Shown here: one piece after another, positions 10,115 through 20,958 of the stretch
Layout of the letters: every line of letters begins with the position of its first letter
How positions within the stretch are numbered: position 1 is the first letter of the stretch
Source: an uncultured delta proteobacterium
GTDB lineage: Bacteria; Desulfobacterota; Binatia; UBA9968
Length of the DNA stretch: 64,000 nt
Assembly: GCA_963804165.1 (NCBI GenBank)
Contig: CAWDPO010000040.1
Span: 96,001 to 160,000 of the forward strand
Reading direction: 5' to 3'
Position numbers and translations under genes: made by a program
Notes under the pieces: generated by a model
What the model saw: only the letters and a program-made list of their open reading frames with translations
Databases searched by the model: none
Told to the model about the DNA's origin: nothing

Positions 10115-10786
10115 CCTTGCGCCACCTTATCTGCAGGGTTTTATCAGCAGATCGTCTGTCAAGCTTTCTTGGCTCAGCCTCCGAAACGGTTAGCCTGGCA
10201 CAAAGGGGGAAACTTTCGGCGGGTACATGCGTGAGCATGCACTGGCGTCAATAGTTTCCCCTTTGTGCGTTGCGCACAGTGTTGGCACACTGCGCGTGTG
10301 AAAGGGGGTTACCTATTCACGGCAGAAGACTAGAGCAAAACCAGGGCCGAAAGACTCTTGAAGAGACAAAAGAATCATGGATGGAAAAAAGAGCCGTCTT
10401 GCCCATAGCTTAGCGCGATGATTCAATAAGCCGATTCCTGGTTCACATGGATCCGACCTAATGACATTCGTAAACTGTGGCTATTTTACTACGCACTTGT
10501 TTGTGAAACCCGACTCAGCAAGTGTGGTCGAGGAATTTACTGTGGTGAATCCTTCCCACACTGAGGACTCCAAGGGAAGAACGCATACCATCACAGTGGC
10601 TCCCTGATTAATTCAAAAAATTCAATGAATCGCTCGACAACACTTTCGTGACCGCTACAGATGGTCGGCCGAAACAAACCTGTCTTCACCATCTAGCGCC
10701 CCCCATCGTGCGATGCCTGTCCGCCTCGAATCACGATTCCAAGATGACGATAATTGCACGAGGGCGAGCTCTTGCCAGGCAGGCTA

Positions 10787-10945
10787 CTATTTTTTCATCA
10801 GCGGGGGCCGCCCGGTAGCACCATGCTGGCCAATGGGGCGCTTGGACTCCTGTTCGAACGGCTCATTTATCTGTGACGGCGGAGTTTTTTTGTTCTTACG
10901 TCTCTTTACAGTAGACGGTGTTTTCCTCTTTCCTTTACGCGGCAT
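10787..10945 (-). CDS. Small basic hypothetical protein (MPRKGKRK...GQHGATGRPPLMKK)
   Basis: AAGGAGG RBS directly upstream of the ATG at 10945; Lys/Arg-rich. Confidence 0.55.
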   Translation of the reverse strand: MPRKGKRKTPSTVKRRKNKKTPPSQINEPFEQESKRPIGQHGATGRPPLMKK

Positions 10946-11068
10946 AAAGACCTCCTTAGCAAAAATATGCATGGACCCAAGCAATCATCGGGCCGCTTTG
11001 AAATTTTTTCTCGCATCAATATTTGGGGATTTAATCTATCAAGTTGTGACTGAGAACGAAGATGGATC

Positions 11069-11269
11069 TCAGACTCTCTCCAGGTCCCGGGTATCATCCG
11101 TCGTGTCGAAGGTAAGCGTTTCGCCCTTGATTATATTTCTAGCTGCGACTGCACTAAGGGACTCCAGTTTCAAAGCCTTCTTACAGGACAGCTTGCCATC
11201 TTCGTCCGGCACAAATTCGACAAAATCACCGGACATGAGATCGTCGACAGCCTTAACGCGCCATACCAT
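11069..11269 (-). CDS. Small hypothetical protein with SAF-like motif
   Basis: AVAARNIIKGETLT resembles a SAF/beta-clip motif; co-oriented with the downstream small gene. Confidence 0.4.
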   Translation of the reverse strand: MVWRVKAVDDLMSGDFVEFVPDEDGKLSCKKALKLESLSAVAARNIIKGETLTFDTTDDTRDLERV

Positions 11270-11275
11270 TACTCA

Positions 11276-12364
11276 ATGGTATGGCAAATTTTGGTCGAAT
11301 CTACCCCCCAAGAGCAAATACCTTTATTTAGCCTCTCGAAGGATTTAAAGTCATCACCTGGTCGCACCGAGGTTTGGCTTACGCGCTCGTGTCCGGGCCT
11401 CGATTCACCTGCGTGGCACTCCTGTATGGTATGGCACGAAGGGACCAGCGATCCTCGAGAAAAACAGGGACATGAATTAGACGAAATCCTGATGTGGTCG
11501 GACAACGGAATGCAAGGGGGTGCAAGCGTGAAGGCGCAAATGGTGAGACGACGCCCGTTTGTGGAATTAAGCACAAGCGCGACCCCCGCCGGCACATGGG
11601 CGGCCGGCTGTGAATTAAGCATTGGATCTGTCATCGAACAAACCTCCCACCGTCCCTGGCCGCTACCGCAAACCCGCTGGGTTATGTCCATGCGCTGGCA
11701 CGAGCTTTTGTTCCTTCACTGGCCGGTGCGTGCGGAGTTGATTCGCCCGTTGATTCCAAAGTTGTTGGAACTCGATACATTCGACGGTTGGTGCTGGATC
11801 GGTATCGTGCCGTTTCGAATGAGTGGCGTACGACCACGTTACATTCCGTTCAACATGTCTTTTCCGGAACTAAATGTCCGCACGTATGTGAAAGTGCCGG
11901 GTAGAAGCGGTGTCTGGTTTTTTAGTCTTGATGCAGCGAATTGGCTTGCAGTGAGAGCGGCGCGCTGGCTCGGAATGCCTTACTATTTGGCCAGAATGAC
12001 ATTGGCGTTGGAAAGGGAAACCGTAACGTATAGGAGCATGCGGGTTCAAAAGAAAGCCGCGCGGGCGGAATTTACCGCGGTCTACCGACCGGCCGGACCG
12101 GTCTATCACGCGGCTCCGGATACGCTGGACCACTGGCTTACAGAACGATATTGCCTCTATGCTGCGGTGCGACCGAATCAAGTGGTTTACGGCGAAATTC
12201 ATCATCCGCGGTGGCCGCTCCAACCTGCGGAAGTGGAGCTGTGTACCAACACGATGGCGGAGGCAACAGGAATCAAACTGCCGGAAACAAAACCCATCTG
12301 TCATTTTTCTCGTTTCCAGGAGGTGGTCGCCTGGCCGATTATTCCCATTCAACAAATGAAGTAA
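11276..12364 (+). CDS. DUF2071 / YqjF family protein (true start likely ~11600-11690)
   Basis: HRPWPLP...W.ELLFLHWPV, FPELNVRTYV, GVWFFSLDA, WLTERYCLY, EIHHPRWPLQPA motifs. Confidence 0.88.
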   Translation: MVWQILVESTPQEQIPLFSLSKDLKSSPGRTEVWLTRSCPGLDSPAWHSCMVWHEGTSDPREKQGHELDEILMWSDNGMQGGASVKAQMVRRRPFVELSTSATPAGTWAAGCELSIGSVIEQTSHRPWPLPQTRWVMSMRWHELLFLHWPVRAELIRPLIPKLLELDTFDGWCWIGIVPFRMSGVRPRYIPFNMSFPELNVRTYVKVPGRSGVWFFSLDAANWLAVRAARWLGMPYYLARMTLALERETVTYRSMRVQKKAARAEFTAVYRPAGPVYHAAPDTLDHWLTERYCLYAAVRPNQVVYGEIHHPRWPLQPAEVELCTNTMAEATGIKLPETKPICHFSRFQEVVAWPIIPIQQMK

Positions 12365-12603
12365 CCCTCAGTGGGCGAACGGCTGATGCCCTGAACACCT
12401 CGATGGGATCGATAATTTTTTATTTGAGTTGTTCCGGTTGCTATGCCAATCGCTTTGGCATCTTTTCCAGAGAGCGGCCGTGCACGGCGATTTGGTGTTC
12501 GCTGCATGTTTCAGCTCGTCATTGGCATACCGCACGACGGTGCCGTCCTCTTTCGGAAACGCGTCAACTCGATCGCAGCTTAGGTTGAGCACTTTGAGGT
12601 GTC

Positions 12604-12975
12604 CTATTTGTGGTCACCCGGTTTCACAGTGATTCTATTATTGACGACGACACCGACATGAGCGGTTTTTGTCAGTTCCACCGCTTTATCGCGAATGGCG
12701 GCCGACTCCACTGTACCGGACAGCGTGACTTCGTTTCTTGTCACGTCGGCGTCAACTTTAAGATTCGCCTTGCGCAGGTGCTCGTCGCTTTTCAATATGG
12801 ATCTCACTGCTTCTTCCAGCTTAGCATTTGCCGCACTCGGACTGCCTGCGCCTTGTGCGAAGGCCACGGCCGAGGTCGCTGACGAGGATTCCTCGGGCTG
12901 GCTTCGGCGAAACACGGAAAGCAAGCTCGCTGTACCTAGCACTAGGATTGCCGTCAGAAATTTGCGTGCTATCAA
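12604..12975 (-). CDS. BON domain protein with signal peptide
   Basis: N-terminal hydrophobic segment; LKVDADVTRNEVTLSGTV...AVELTK...VVNNRITV BON pattern. Confidence 0.8.
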   Translation of the reverse strand: MIARKFLTAILVLGTASLLSVFRRSQPEESSSATSAVAFAQGAGSPSAANAKLEEAVRSILKSDEHLRKANLKVDADVTRNEVTLSGTVESAAIRDKAVELTKTAHVGVVVNNRITVKPGDHK

Positions 12976-13813
12976 GAGAACCCTCCACTAACGATGACGG
13001 GACTTCTGCGCTCGTTTTTTATTTGCAGGAGCAAGTCTATGCCAACACCCATATCGAAGGAGTTGGTGGTAAGGCGCGTTCCCGCCGTGGTTCAAACCGC
13101 TGAGATCACCTCCGTGGCTAAAAACGCGGCAAAGTAAGCGCCTGAATCAAAGCGCGGGAAGCACAACCAATCAATGGAACTATCACAAGCCACCAGAGCA
13201 GCGGTGTGACAATCGCCGATCATGGCGTAGTCTTCGATAAGCGATGCCATAAGCCTTACGACAGGAGCCTCCTGATTTAACGTTTGCTGATCAGAAAGGC
13301 TGCAAAATCTATGGTTAGTTGAATTGATTTCGCTATGCGCAATATTTCAGTACGCAGGGAATGTGCCATGGAGCGGAAGGACAATCTAGGCGGGTATCCA
13401 ACGCTAGACTGAAACAAATTACTGAGCCGGTCTAATTTGACACAAGCTCTTTCTCAAGTGGGGATAGTCGCGGGGTTTCTCCGCCCGGGCCAAGTTCCAT
13501 AAGCAGAACCATATGCCAGGTTTGTTGCAGCCGCGTAAATGGAAACAGGATTTGTGTGTCTCAGTATTGAGACAATTTGAAGATTTCTCAGGCAGACGAT
13601 TGCGTGTTTACTTCCTTGTGGGATTGGGTTCTGACAGCTCCGCGCTCGCTCGCATTTTGTCGAAATCCTTTGTCAGCCATTTTCCTGCAGTTCATGCAGA
13701 AATGCCACGACGTGCTTAGATACTATCGACTCCTGAGCCACTTTGACAAGCTAATTCGGCCGACAAAATTGGAACATAATCTGCACCGATGTAGTACCTG
13801 CGGGTGGGTATAC

Positions 13814-14315
13814 ATGGGAACTCTAACTGTCTCATACGCGCAAGCTCTTAGAGTGATCGGTCAGAATCTAGTGCCGCTTGGCATCAATGCTTTTGAGTTA
13901 GCGACATGGGGGAACGATTATATCGTTTGGATAAAGCACCGCGAGTCGGCGCGACACCCATCGGCGAATACGGTTTTGGATAAAATCACCCAAAAAATCC
14001 TAGGACATGCCGATTCAGATGAGACAGACTCCGAATCGTATGTACTTTAGCGATGTGGAAATTTTCATTGCGGATACTGAACGGCAATCGAAACGGAGAC
14101 CGAATAGCCCAAAAGACGTTCGCGATCTATCGTTCGTATTGCGTGTGCTGGGTAACTACCTGGATCGACAATCGGCCCGGGAATTCACTATTTCGTGGTC
14201 TATGGACGCCATAAAGGTTCGCTATGATCAAAAGGAGGAAAGCTTCACATTCCAGAATCTATACGATCTGGGAATTCATATGTACCTCAAAAGGTCCAGC
14301 CGTTGTCCCATCTGA
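13814..14315 (+). CDS. Hypothetical protein, frameshifted at ~14025; paralog of 61006-61476
   Basis: ALRVIGQNL...FEL...GNDYIV, then in the shifted frame LSFVLRVLGNYLDR...FTISW. Confidence 0.65.
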
Positions 14316-14492
14316 GGAGCGCCATCTATGTCGGTTTTTCCACACAGACCTGCCACACCGGAGGAAAACTCGCACACCCACCAGGCATCGTTAATATGGG
14401 GTGTTCAAAACTTCCAGATTTTTCTCGTGAAAAATCGCTCTCTTAAAGAGCAGGATTCTGACTGCTGACAATTTGCGCTTGACCGTACGAAT

Positions 14493-14507
14493 GGGTACGG
14501 CGCTTGC
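14493..14507 (+). promoter_or_regulatory. Putative sigma54 promoter (GGGTACGGCGCTTGC)
   Basis: GG-N10-GC spacing ~45 bp upstream of the receiver gene; imperfect -24 box. Confidence 0.45.
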
Positions 14508-14550
14508 GTCTTCGATTCAGTCTAAGACAAACTTGGAGAGCGTCACCGTT

Positions 14551-14934
14551 ATGGCAAAGCATGTTCTCATCGTTGATGATAATGGGCATCTGCGACGAAT
14601 ACTCGCGACCTTCCTACAATCGCGTGGATACGCAACCTCAGAAGCGGCAAGTGGCCACGAAGCGATCGAAACGGCAATCGCCGTGAAACCCAATCTCATC
14701 CTGTTGGATCTGACTCTCCCCGATATGAAGGGAACAGACGCCGCCCGGGCGATAAGAAAAGACCCAAGCACTGCACGCATCCCGATCGTTGGTTGCAGTG
14801 CCTATTTCGGATCGGAATTGCGGCAAGAGGCGCTACGTGCCGGAATGGCCGATTACTTGCAAAAACCAGTGTCTGCCGCCGGGATTGAGGCAGTAGTCGA
14901 ACAACTGATTCATTCGGACAACGCCCCCGCCTAA
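14551..14934 (+). CDS. Single-domain response regulator (receiver)
   Basis: VLIVDD, LILLDLTLPDMKG, IPIVGCSA, YLQKP motifs. Confidence 0.9.
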   Translation: MAKHVLIVDDNGHLRRILATFLQSRGYATSEAASGHEAIETAIAVKPNLILLDLTLPDMKGTDAARAIRKDPSTARIPIVGCSAYFGSELRQEALRAGMADYLQKPVSAAGIEAVVEQLIHSDNAPA

Positions 14935-15023
14935 TGAATTCTTTTGAGTATGATTCCGCATCGCGTTGACAGCCCTGGCACAGGTGGAAATGCCGTCAGC
15001 CAGGACTGTTCAATCGGCGGTTT

Positions 15024-15347
15024 CTATGCTTGCCAGCAGGATGAAACAGCTTGCGGAAATGGTTCGGTGTCGAGCTTTTTGGATGGTAATTGATGCACGT
15101 CTGCGTCCTCTTTGCGCCGGTTGCATAACTGCGGCAATGTTTCGTCAATCCATTGTGTCGCCAGCTGAAATCCAGAAATCAGCCCGTCTTCTTCAGTGAT
15201 CATTGAATCGCTGGTATGCAGTCTCGCCAAAGGGTTGGAGTTTTGTCGGATGCTAATTTCTGCGACGGGAGAAAATTTAGACGGCTGAAAATCGCCTCTC
15301 GCGAGCAAGACGAAAACCCAATACCCTTTGTACCGCACCGTGACCAT
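15024..15347 (-). CDS. Hypothetical protein
   Basis: ATG start with GAGG upstream; no recognisable family. Confidence 0.4.
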   Translation of the reverse strand: MVTVRYKGYWVFVLLARGDFQPSKFSPVAEISIRQNSNPLARLHTSDSMITEEDGLISGFQLATQWIDETLPQLCNRRKEDADVHQLPSKKLDTEPFPQAVSSCWQA

Positions 15348-15628
15348 TGGAGGACCTCTACTAGTTTCGCTCGGGCTTTCAATCTACGTCCCGATTAGTG
15401 AGCCCGGGCCTTGTGTGGATGCCAGAGACCACGACCGGTGTTTCTTTATTGCAAGTGCATAGTGAGAGGCTACCAACTATTGGCTACGGCCCTAAGTTTA
15501 CTAGGGTTCCAAATCCGGCCAATCCCTACTAAGGGCGCCGATTGCACTCTTTCCCCAATTAGCAACGTGAGCCTAAAACGTCAGCCGCTCTACTCCGTCG
15601 GTGATAAGCATTAACTGAGAGATGCCTC

Positions 15629-16592
15629 ATGAGTATTCTTCAAAACGCCGTCGATTCGATCTCTATCGGACTTGACGATTATCGTTCTTCAGACCCGCGT
15701 CGGCTGGTTTCCGCGACCAGGAATATCTACGCCGGAATTTTGTTGCTCTTTAAGCATAAGCTTTCGCTATTGAGCCCAGCCGGATCGGATGAGGTTCTGC
15801 TTAAACAAAAAGTTCAGCCTTCGAAGCAGCCCGACGGTCAAATCGGTTGGATCGGAAAAGGCAGAAAGACCGTCGACGCAATTCAAATTCAAGAGCGGTT
15901 CGAAGCCCTTGATATTGAGGTTCGATTGGGTCCGTGTAATGCGGATCAACGACTATCGAAACGAAATCGAGCACCATTTTAGTACCAAGACTAGGGACTC
16001 GGTCAGCAAGCTGATATCCAATTGCTTTATCGTTATTCGCGATTTTATTGCCGATCATCTTGACCGGGATGCGAAGGATATCCTAGGCCACGATGCCTGG
16101 GCTAGTTTTGTTGAAGTTGCCGAAGGTCATGAGCGAGAGAAAAGCGGTTGTCTACGTACAATGGATTCGGTTGACTGGGAGTCCTCGACTGTTGAAGAGG
16201 CCTTGGCCGACTATGATTGCCCGAACTGCGGTTCTGATTTAATTCGCATAAACAATCCTAAACCGGCACGGGCGGATAACCAATTTGTTTGCAAGTCGTG
16301 TAATCAGCAATGGGACTACGAGTCGATTGCTGCCGAAGCATTAGAATCTTTGGGAGCTGCCTATCATTCCAGCGCAATGAATGCCGGCGGAGAATTTGAA
16401 ATTGTCCAGTGTCCGACTTGTAATAATGAAGCATACATTTTCAGTGAACAACATTGTGGCGTATGCGGCGAGACCGCCAAACATATCTGTGATAGTTGCG
16501 GCAGGGAAATCCTCTCATCGGAACTTTATCTAGGTGGGCGCTGTGGTTACTGCGAGCACATGATGAATAAGGATGCGTCTCGTCGACGTTAG
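15629..16592 (+). CDS. HEPN-like protein with C-terminal Zn-ribbons, frameshifted at ~15923
   Basis: Joining the two ORFs gives ~320 aa with RNEIEH (RxxxxH) followed by six CxxC pairs (CPNC, CKSC, CPTC, CGVC, CDSC, CGYC). Confidence 0.7.
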
Positions 16593-16708
16593 GCGGCAAT
16601 TTTTGGAACAGTCGCTGCGCACAAAAACGGACAACCCAAACCATTCGGCCCTTCTCGGATTCGGTTCATTTTGGCAAGTAACTGTTCTGGCTGATCAGGG
16701 CAATCCAT

Positions 16709-17212
16709 CTAGATACCCACCGACGTGGACTGTCGCGGCTTACTACGCGCATTTGGATGACGCTTTCGTGAACTTTTCAACTTGAGGTTTGTTTTCACCC
16801 TGCCGCGATGGCTCTGATAGATAAATTTAGGCAGAACGTTTGAACGGGTCTCTGGTGAGGGCAGTTTGTTGCCAGCCCGTATGGGCTTCTGGGACTTCTT
16901 TCTCCAGTGCGAGAGGCCTTTCCGCAAATACTGGGGATCCATGCCCACGGCTTCGCAGATGTTGATGAAAGAGAAGAACCATTCAGGATCATCTGCAAAA
17001 ATCCATTCGTCGGTATCTTTGAAGAGACGATTGGCCTCGTGTCCTGCGTATTTTTGAAAGCATTCGACCGCATCTAGCAGAATTGCGAGCATAAGCTTCT
17101 TTTCAGGCTGGGTAGGGCTGGTTCCGTAGAGACCGAGAATGTCCAAATCGGATAAGGAACCGATGGAGTTGAACATGCCGGTGTGGAAGGTTGCTGTTCC
17201 GTTCATGTGCAA
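16709..17212 (-). CDS. Conserved hypothetical protein (PEKKLMLAILLDAVECFQKY family)
   Basis: PEKxLMLA.L.DA..CFQKY...EWI......FSF.NIC...G.DP.YLR.GL pattern, with remnants elsewhere in the window. Confidence 0.7.
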   Translation of the reverse strand: MHMNGTATFHTGMFNSIGSLSDLDILGLYGTSPTQPEKKLMLAILLDAVECFQKYAGHEANRLFKDTDEWIFADDPEWFFSFINICEAVGMDPQYLRKGLSHWRKKSQKPIRAGNKLPSPETRSNVLPKFIYQSHRGRVKTNLKLKSSRKRHPNARSKPRQSTSVGI

Positions 17213-17347
17213 TATGATAGCGATGGAAGCATAAACTGTTTTTTTATTATCCTCTCAGAATTTGACACGATTCAAGTAGTCGGCTGAAAAATTTAGCGAC
17301 CGAATGGACGGGTCGGAATGCGGGTGCGCCAGAAGCCGTCCGATGGA

Positions 17348-18112
17348 TCATGCCGTCGCGATACGGACTCCTCCGGTGACCGCATGATTTCTATCGAGAA
17401 TATTCAGAGCCTCCACTGCGCGTTCTTCCGCTTCGACCATGATCAAGACCTGCCCGGAGCTGATGTCGGGCAAGTTGGGAATGTCTTCTGCAGCTACTGC
17501 TTGTGCCTGAGTTTCCCCGGCCAAACTTTGCTGCTCGGATTCGTCCTGCATGGCGATAAGAATTGAATTCTCGCTAAAGCCAGCGCTCTTTAGATCTTCG
17601 ATGGCTTTTTTGGCAGCCTCGCGATCGTGAACCAGGCCTGTCACTCTCGTCTCCCCGAGTAGCAGCTCGTCCTCGTCTTGCGCAGCCCTGTACTCGAAGG
17701 ACTCGGACACTGCTAGAAGCGTTTCGCCAACCAACATACGATCTCCCGTGGCTGTGGCAAGCTCGCCCAGCGAGGTAATGCCGAGTAACTCGTTATCTTG
17801 ATTGACCACGAGGATCCTCCGTACTTGATTTTCCTGCATGATCCGAGCCGCTTCTTCGACTGCTGCGTTCTCAGAGCAACACACAACCTCCGGGGTCATA
17901 ACTTCACGCACCGTCGCTGCAGTCGGATCGCGTCCTTCGGCAACCGCGCGAATGGTAATATCGCGGTCCGTGATCATACCCACTAGCTGATTGCCTTCGC
18001 ACACAGGCAGCGAGCCGACATCCAATTCCCTCATTTTTTCGGCAGCTCGTTGCAACGTAGCGTCTGATTGGACTGTCGCGACACGGGAGTTGATAAATTC
18101 TTTAAGCTGCAT
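17348..18112 (-). CDS. CBS-pair protein with C-terminal YflT-like stress domain (paralog 1)
   Basis: AAEKMRELDVGSLPVC...GMITDRDI, QVRRILVV...GITSLGEL; C-terminal TGLVHDREAAKKAIEDLKSAGF. Confidence 0.88.
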   Translation of the reverse strand: MQLKEFINSRVATVQSDATLQRAAEKMRELDVGSLPVCEGNQLVGMITDRDITIRAVAEGRDPTAATVREVMTPEVVCCSENAAVEEAARIMQENQVRRILVVNQDNELLGITSLGELATATGDRMLVGETLLAVSESFEYRAAQDEDELLLGETRVTGLVHDREAAKKAIEDLKSAGFSENSILIAMQDESEQQSLAGETQAQAVAAEDIPNLPDISSGQVLIMVEAEERAVEALNILDRNHAVTGGVRIATA

Positions 18113-18225
18113 AGAGCACCTCTTCTAGGTTAAGGCTTAGAAAAATCAACCATCAACGGCTTCTTCTGCATCGCTTCATGGAGAGCAGGGCGTGCTTGGA
18201 TGCCGCGCCTCGCTGAAACGCTGGA

Positions 18226-18240
18226 GCAAATAGGGGGCCA
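18226..18240 (-). promoter_or_regulatory. Putative sigma54 promoter (TGGCCCCCTATTTGC)
   Basis: GG-N10-GC on the minus strand ~115 bp upstream of CBS paralog 1. Confidence 0.55.
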
Positions 18241-18988
18241 GCTAGGCATTTCCGCTCTATCGTCGATGGTTTGTCGGGCCCTTAACAGAGTGCTGCTGAT
18301 AATGATCAATTGTACTCCGACCCCCGCTGCATTCGATAAGCTATATATTCGATTAAAGCATCTTAGAAAGTTAGTCCGGGATTTGGCCTTGGTCGCACGA
18401 ATATTCATTCAATTCATGTGATCGACTTCGTTAGAGATCACCAGGCAATGCCGCGGTCGTAGTTTTAACTTATATTTTGCCAGATACCGGACTAGCTTCT
18501 TTGTCTTGCTGCTGCCCAATCAACGGGAGTCGCGGAAAAGGAGACGTGGATTTTCTTACGATGCCAACGCCGTTTCAGCTTCTGCGCGGCGAAGACAAAT
18601 TACACGAGTTCGGTCCGCGCAAGATCTCTACCTCATTAACAGGGCTCAGAGGTATTGTAGCTGTAAGTAATTGGCGACACTTTGTCGGCAATTTTCACAG
18701 CCTCGCCAGGCCAACGAAGCTCCGTCTCATAAAGCGACTTGCTCTAGCTTAAGATCGGTAGAAATCGAAATGTTGGCTTTGAGCACGCGCGCTGCATCCG
18801 CATGAATGCTTCCCGGCTGCGGCCATCAGATTCCGAGGCAATGCAATTGGTGCTTGTCATTCGCATGGATTACAGGAATGCCGAGCGCGCTTGGCGCGGC
18901 ATTTCAGCGCCGCCAGGGCAGCGGCCATCGGCAGTGCACTAGTCAAAAGATTCTCTCCTCCCTCAAATTCGAGATCGCGTTCCCGGTC

Positions 18989-19003
18989 TGGCACGCGCCT
19001 TGC
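18989..19003 (+). promoter_or_regulatory. sigma54 promoter (TGGCACGCGCCTTGC)
   Basis: Perfect TGGCAC-N5-TTGC consensus. Confidence 0.75.
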
Positions 19004-19215
19004 GCAACTCTTTTGATAGTCTCTTGCAGGAGGTGTGAAATGAGGGATCCCGTGAAAAACAGAAGGTGACAACACTCAAGGGTTGTGTCTTTCCAAAGCG
19101 GACCGCCCTCGTGGCGTGGCGCAATTAGAGACCGGGTTGCTTCTCTGTGAGCGACCAAAGTTCGTTACCGAGGGTGGGGCCGAATCACTTAAACAAAAAA
19201 GAAGGGAGTTTGCGT

Positions 19216-19383
19216 ATGTGCTATAACTGTGGATGCCAAAAGCCCGATGACGATATGGGCAACCCGAAGAACATTACCAATAAGACATTCGAGGAAGCGG
19301 CAAAAGCATCTGGCCAAAACCCGGAAGAGGCCAAAAAAAACGCGTTGGAGCTGCTACAAAAAAACGCGGGCAGAAAACAATAA
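19216..19383 (+). CDS. 55-aa Cys-motif microprotein (MCYNCGCQKPDDDMG...)
   Basis: GAAGGGAG RBS before the ATG at 19216; CxxCxC N-terminus followed by a helical acidic/basic tail. Confidence 0.7.
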   Translation: MCYNCGCQKPDDDMGNPKNITNKTFEEAAKASGQNPEEAKKNALELLQKNAGRKQ

Positions 19384-19887
19384 AAACTTTCAAACTCTGC
19401 CAGCAGATGGGGCGCTAGGGGACTCAGCACGATTCTCCTGGCGCTTTATTTTTCAGATACCTTAAGAAGGATCGGTTCTCGGTTCTTTTTGCTGCCCTAG
19501 ACTATTTGGCGAGTCTAAGCGGGCATGGAGTCAAATCGGCATCGAACCTTCATAGCGCGCAGCACTGCACGAGCCTACTTTTCAAGAGGTCCGGTTCACG
19601 CTCAAATGCCCCGCGACTGACACTTGAAGAGGTGGCACAGCGAACGTGCACGAACCTGAAGAATCCGAAATTACCTCAAGGGAAGTGGACAGAGGCATAT
19701 ATGAGGCACGTATAAGGACCTGAGGTGCGGAGCGGGTGACACGCCCCGCCCGGCGACCGCGCTGCTGACAAAGTGCATCTCAAAAATCCATTTTCGAGCA
19801 CATGAAATGATCAGTTCGTGAAGTGCTATGCAAAAACGTTAACGGCGATGAGATCGCTTCAATTGAGTAGAAAGCCGGCGCATCGTT

Positions 19888-20142
19888 CTATTGATCGTTA
19901 GCGGAGGCAAGAGCGTTTGTAATGGCCGGGACTGCTTCGGGACACAGATCAGCCGCGGTGCGGAGAAGCGCTTTCGCTTGTTCCCTTTCGCAGAGAATTT
20001 GCATGAAGTTATGGAAATGATCGTCCGGTCCACGCCGCTCGATGCTTCCGTTGATCAACGTCTCAAACTCCGGCGACGGCACGCCGCATTTACCGAGCAA
20101 CTTGTCGTAACTCTCAACCGCCATCTCGATTGTTAATTTCAT
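19888..20142 (-). CDS. Uncharacterised ~85-aa protein (family paralog 1)
   Basis: Similar to 22337-22590 and 48928-49185. Confidence 0.7.
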   Translation of the reverse strand: MKLTIEMAVESYDKLLGKCGVPSPEFETLINGSIERRGPDDHFHNFMQILCEREQAKALLRTAADLCPEAVPAITNALASANDQ

Positions 20143-20810
20143 GCCCGTGAGGCTAACCCTATTCCATAGATATACAAGGACTTGTCAAAGAAATCTTACA
20201 AACCGGTTCCTGGCGACTAGGGCAAGCCGTCAACTCAGCTCTTTTTGTTCATTTGTGGAAAGCCGATCTAGAGCATTGGTGGTTCTGAGAGTTTGAGTCT
20301 GCCGCTATTTTTCCCCGGCATGACCGAAATGCGGGGAGCAAATTTTAGCGATCTACCGGAGATATCGGAGGGGGTCGAAAAACAACTCCAAGTTCAAAAA
20401 TTCATCAGAGCATAATCCAAACTAACGGAATAACTAAACACCAAAGTCGCCAAGAAAAACCAGAGCACAAAATTCACTGCCAACAACGGCAGATGCCACC
20501 ACTTCATTTACAAAGTCTAGAACAATGAATGGACACAATTCTAGGCGGTCGAAAAAAAACTTTTTCTGGCAAAGGGCAACACGCTCAACTCTTGCCGCTG
20601 ATCCCCCACATTGTTGTTGTGAGTTTAGCCACGGGCTGAACAAGAACACGAGGAAGCCTAAACTTCCGTGAAATAGGAGTTCGATAGCTTCGGATCAATC
20701 GCCTCTTGCTAGGACAGTTCCTTCTCTTTGAAGGAATGTTTTAGCGGTAAAATCGCCTCTTCGCTCTCCGGCATTAATAAATTCACGAATAAAATCCTTA
20801 ACCTCACTCA

Positions 20811-20825
20811 TGGCATGCGCGTTGC
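20811..20825 (+). promoter_or_regulatory. sigma54 promoter (TGGCATGCGCGTTGC)
   Basis: Consensus -24/-12 upstream of the PepSY-like operon. Confidence 0.75.
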
Positions 20826-20958
20826 CTATACCAATTGACGACGGTGCCGTGCAAACCCTGGAAGGGAGCAGAGACTACAAAAAACAGATTTTGACACGCC
20901 GAGGTTACATGGCAGCGCGATGAATTAACTCGTTAACCGATTGGGAGAGCAAAGCACA

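Noticed and set aside
10713-11348. 211-aa plus-strand ORF
   Set aside because: Overlaps two minus-strand small genes with better RBS or motifs; no recognisable domain.
13030-13045. TGGCATAGACTTGC upstream of the BON gene (minus strand)
   Set aside because: GG-GC spacing is 9 rather than 10, so it was not counted as a sigma54 site (it could be an indel error).
20840-20900. Possible c-di-GMP riboswitch-like sequence (GCAAACCC...GAAGGG)
   Set aside because: The second stem and conserved core could not be matched by eye; needs Infernal.
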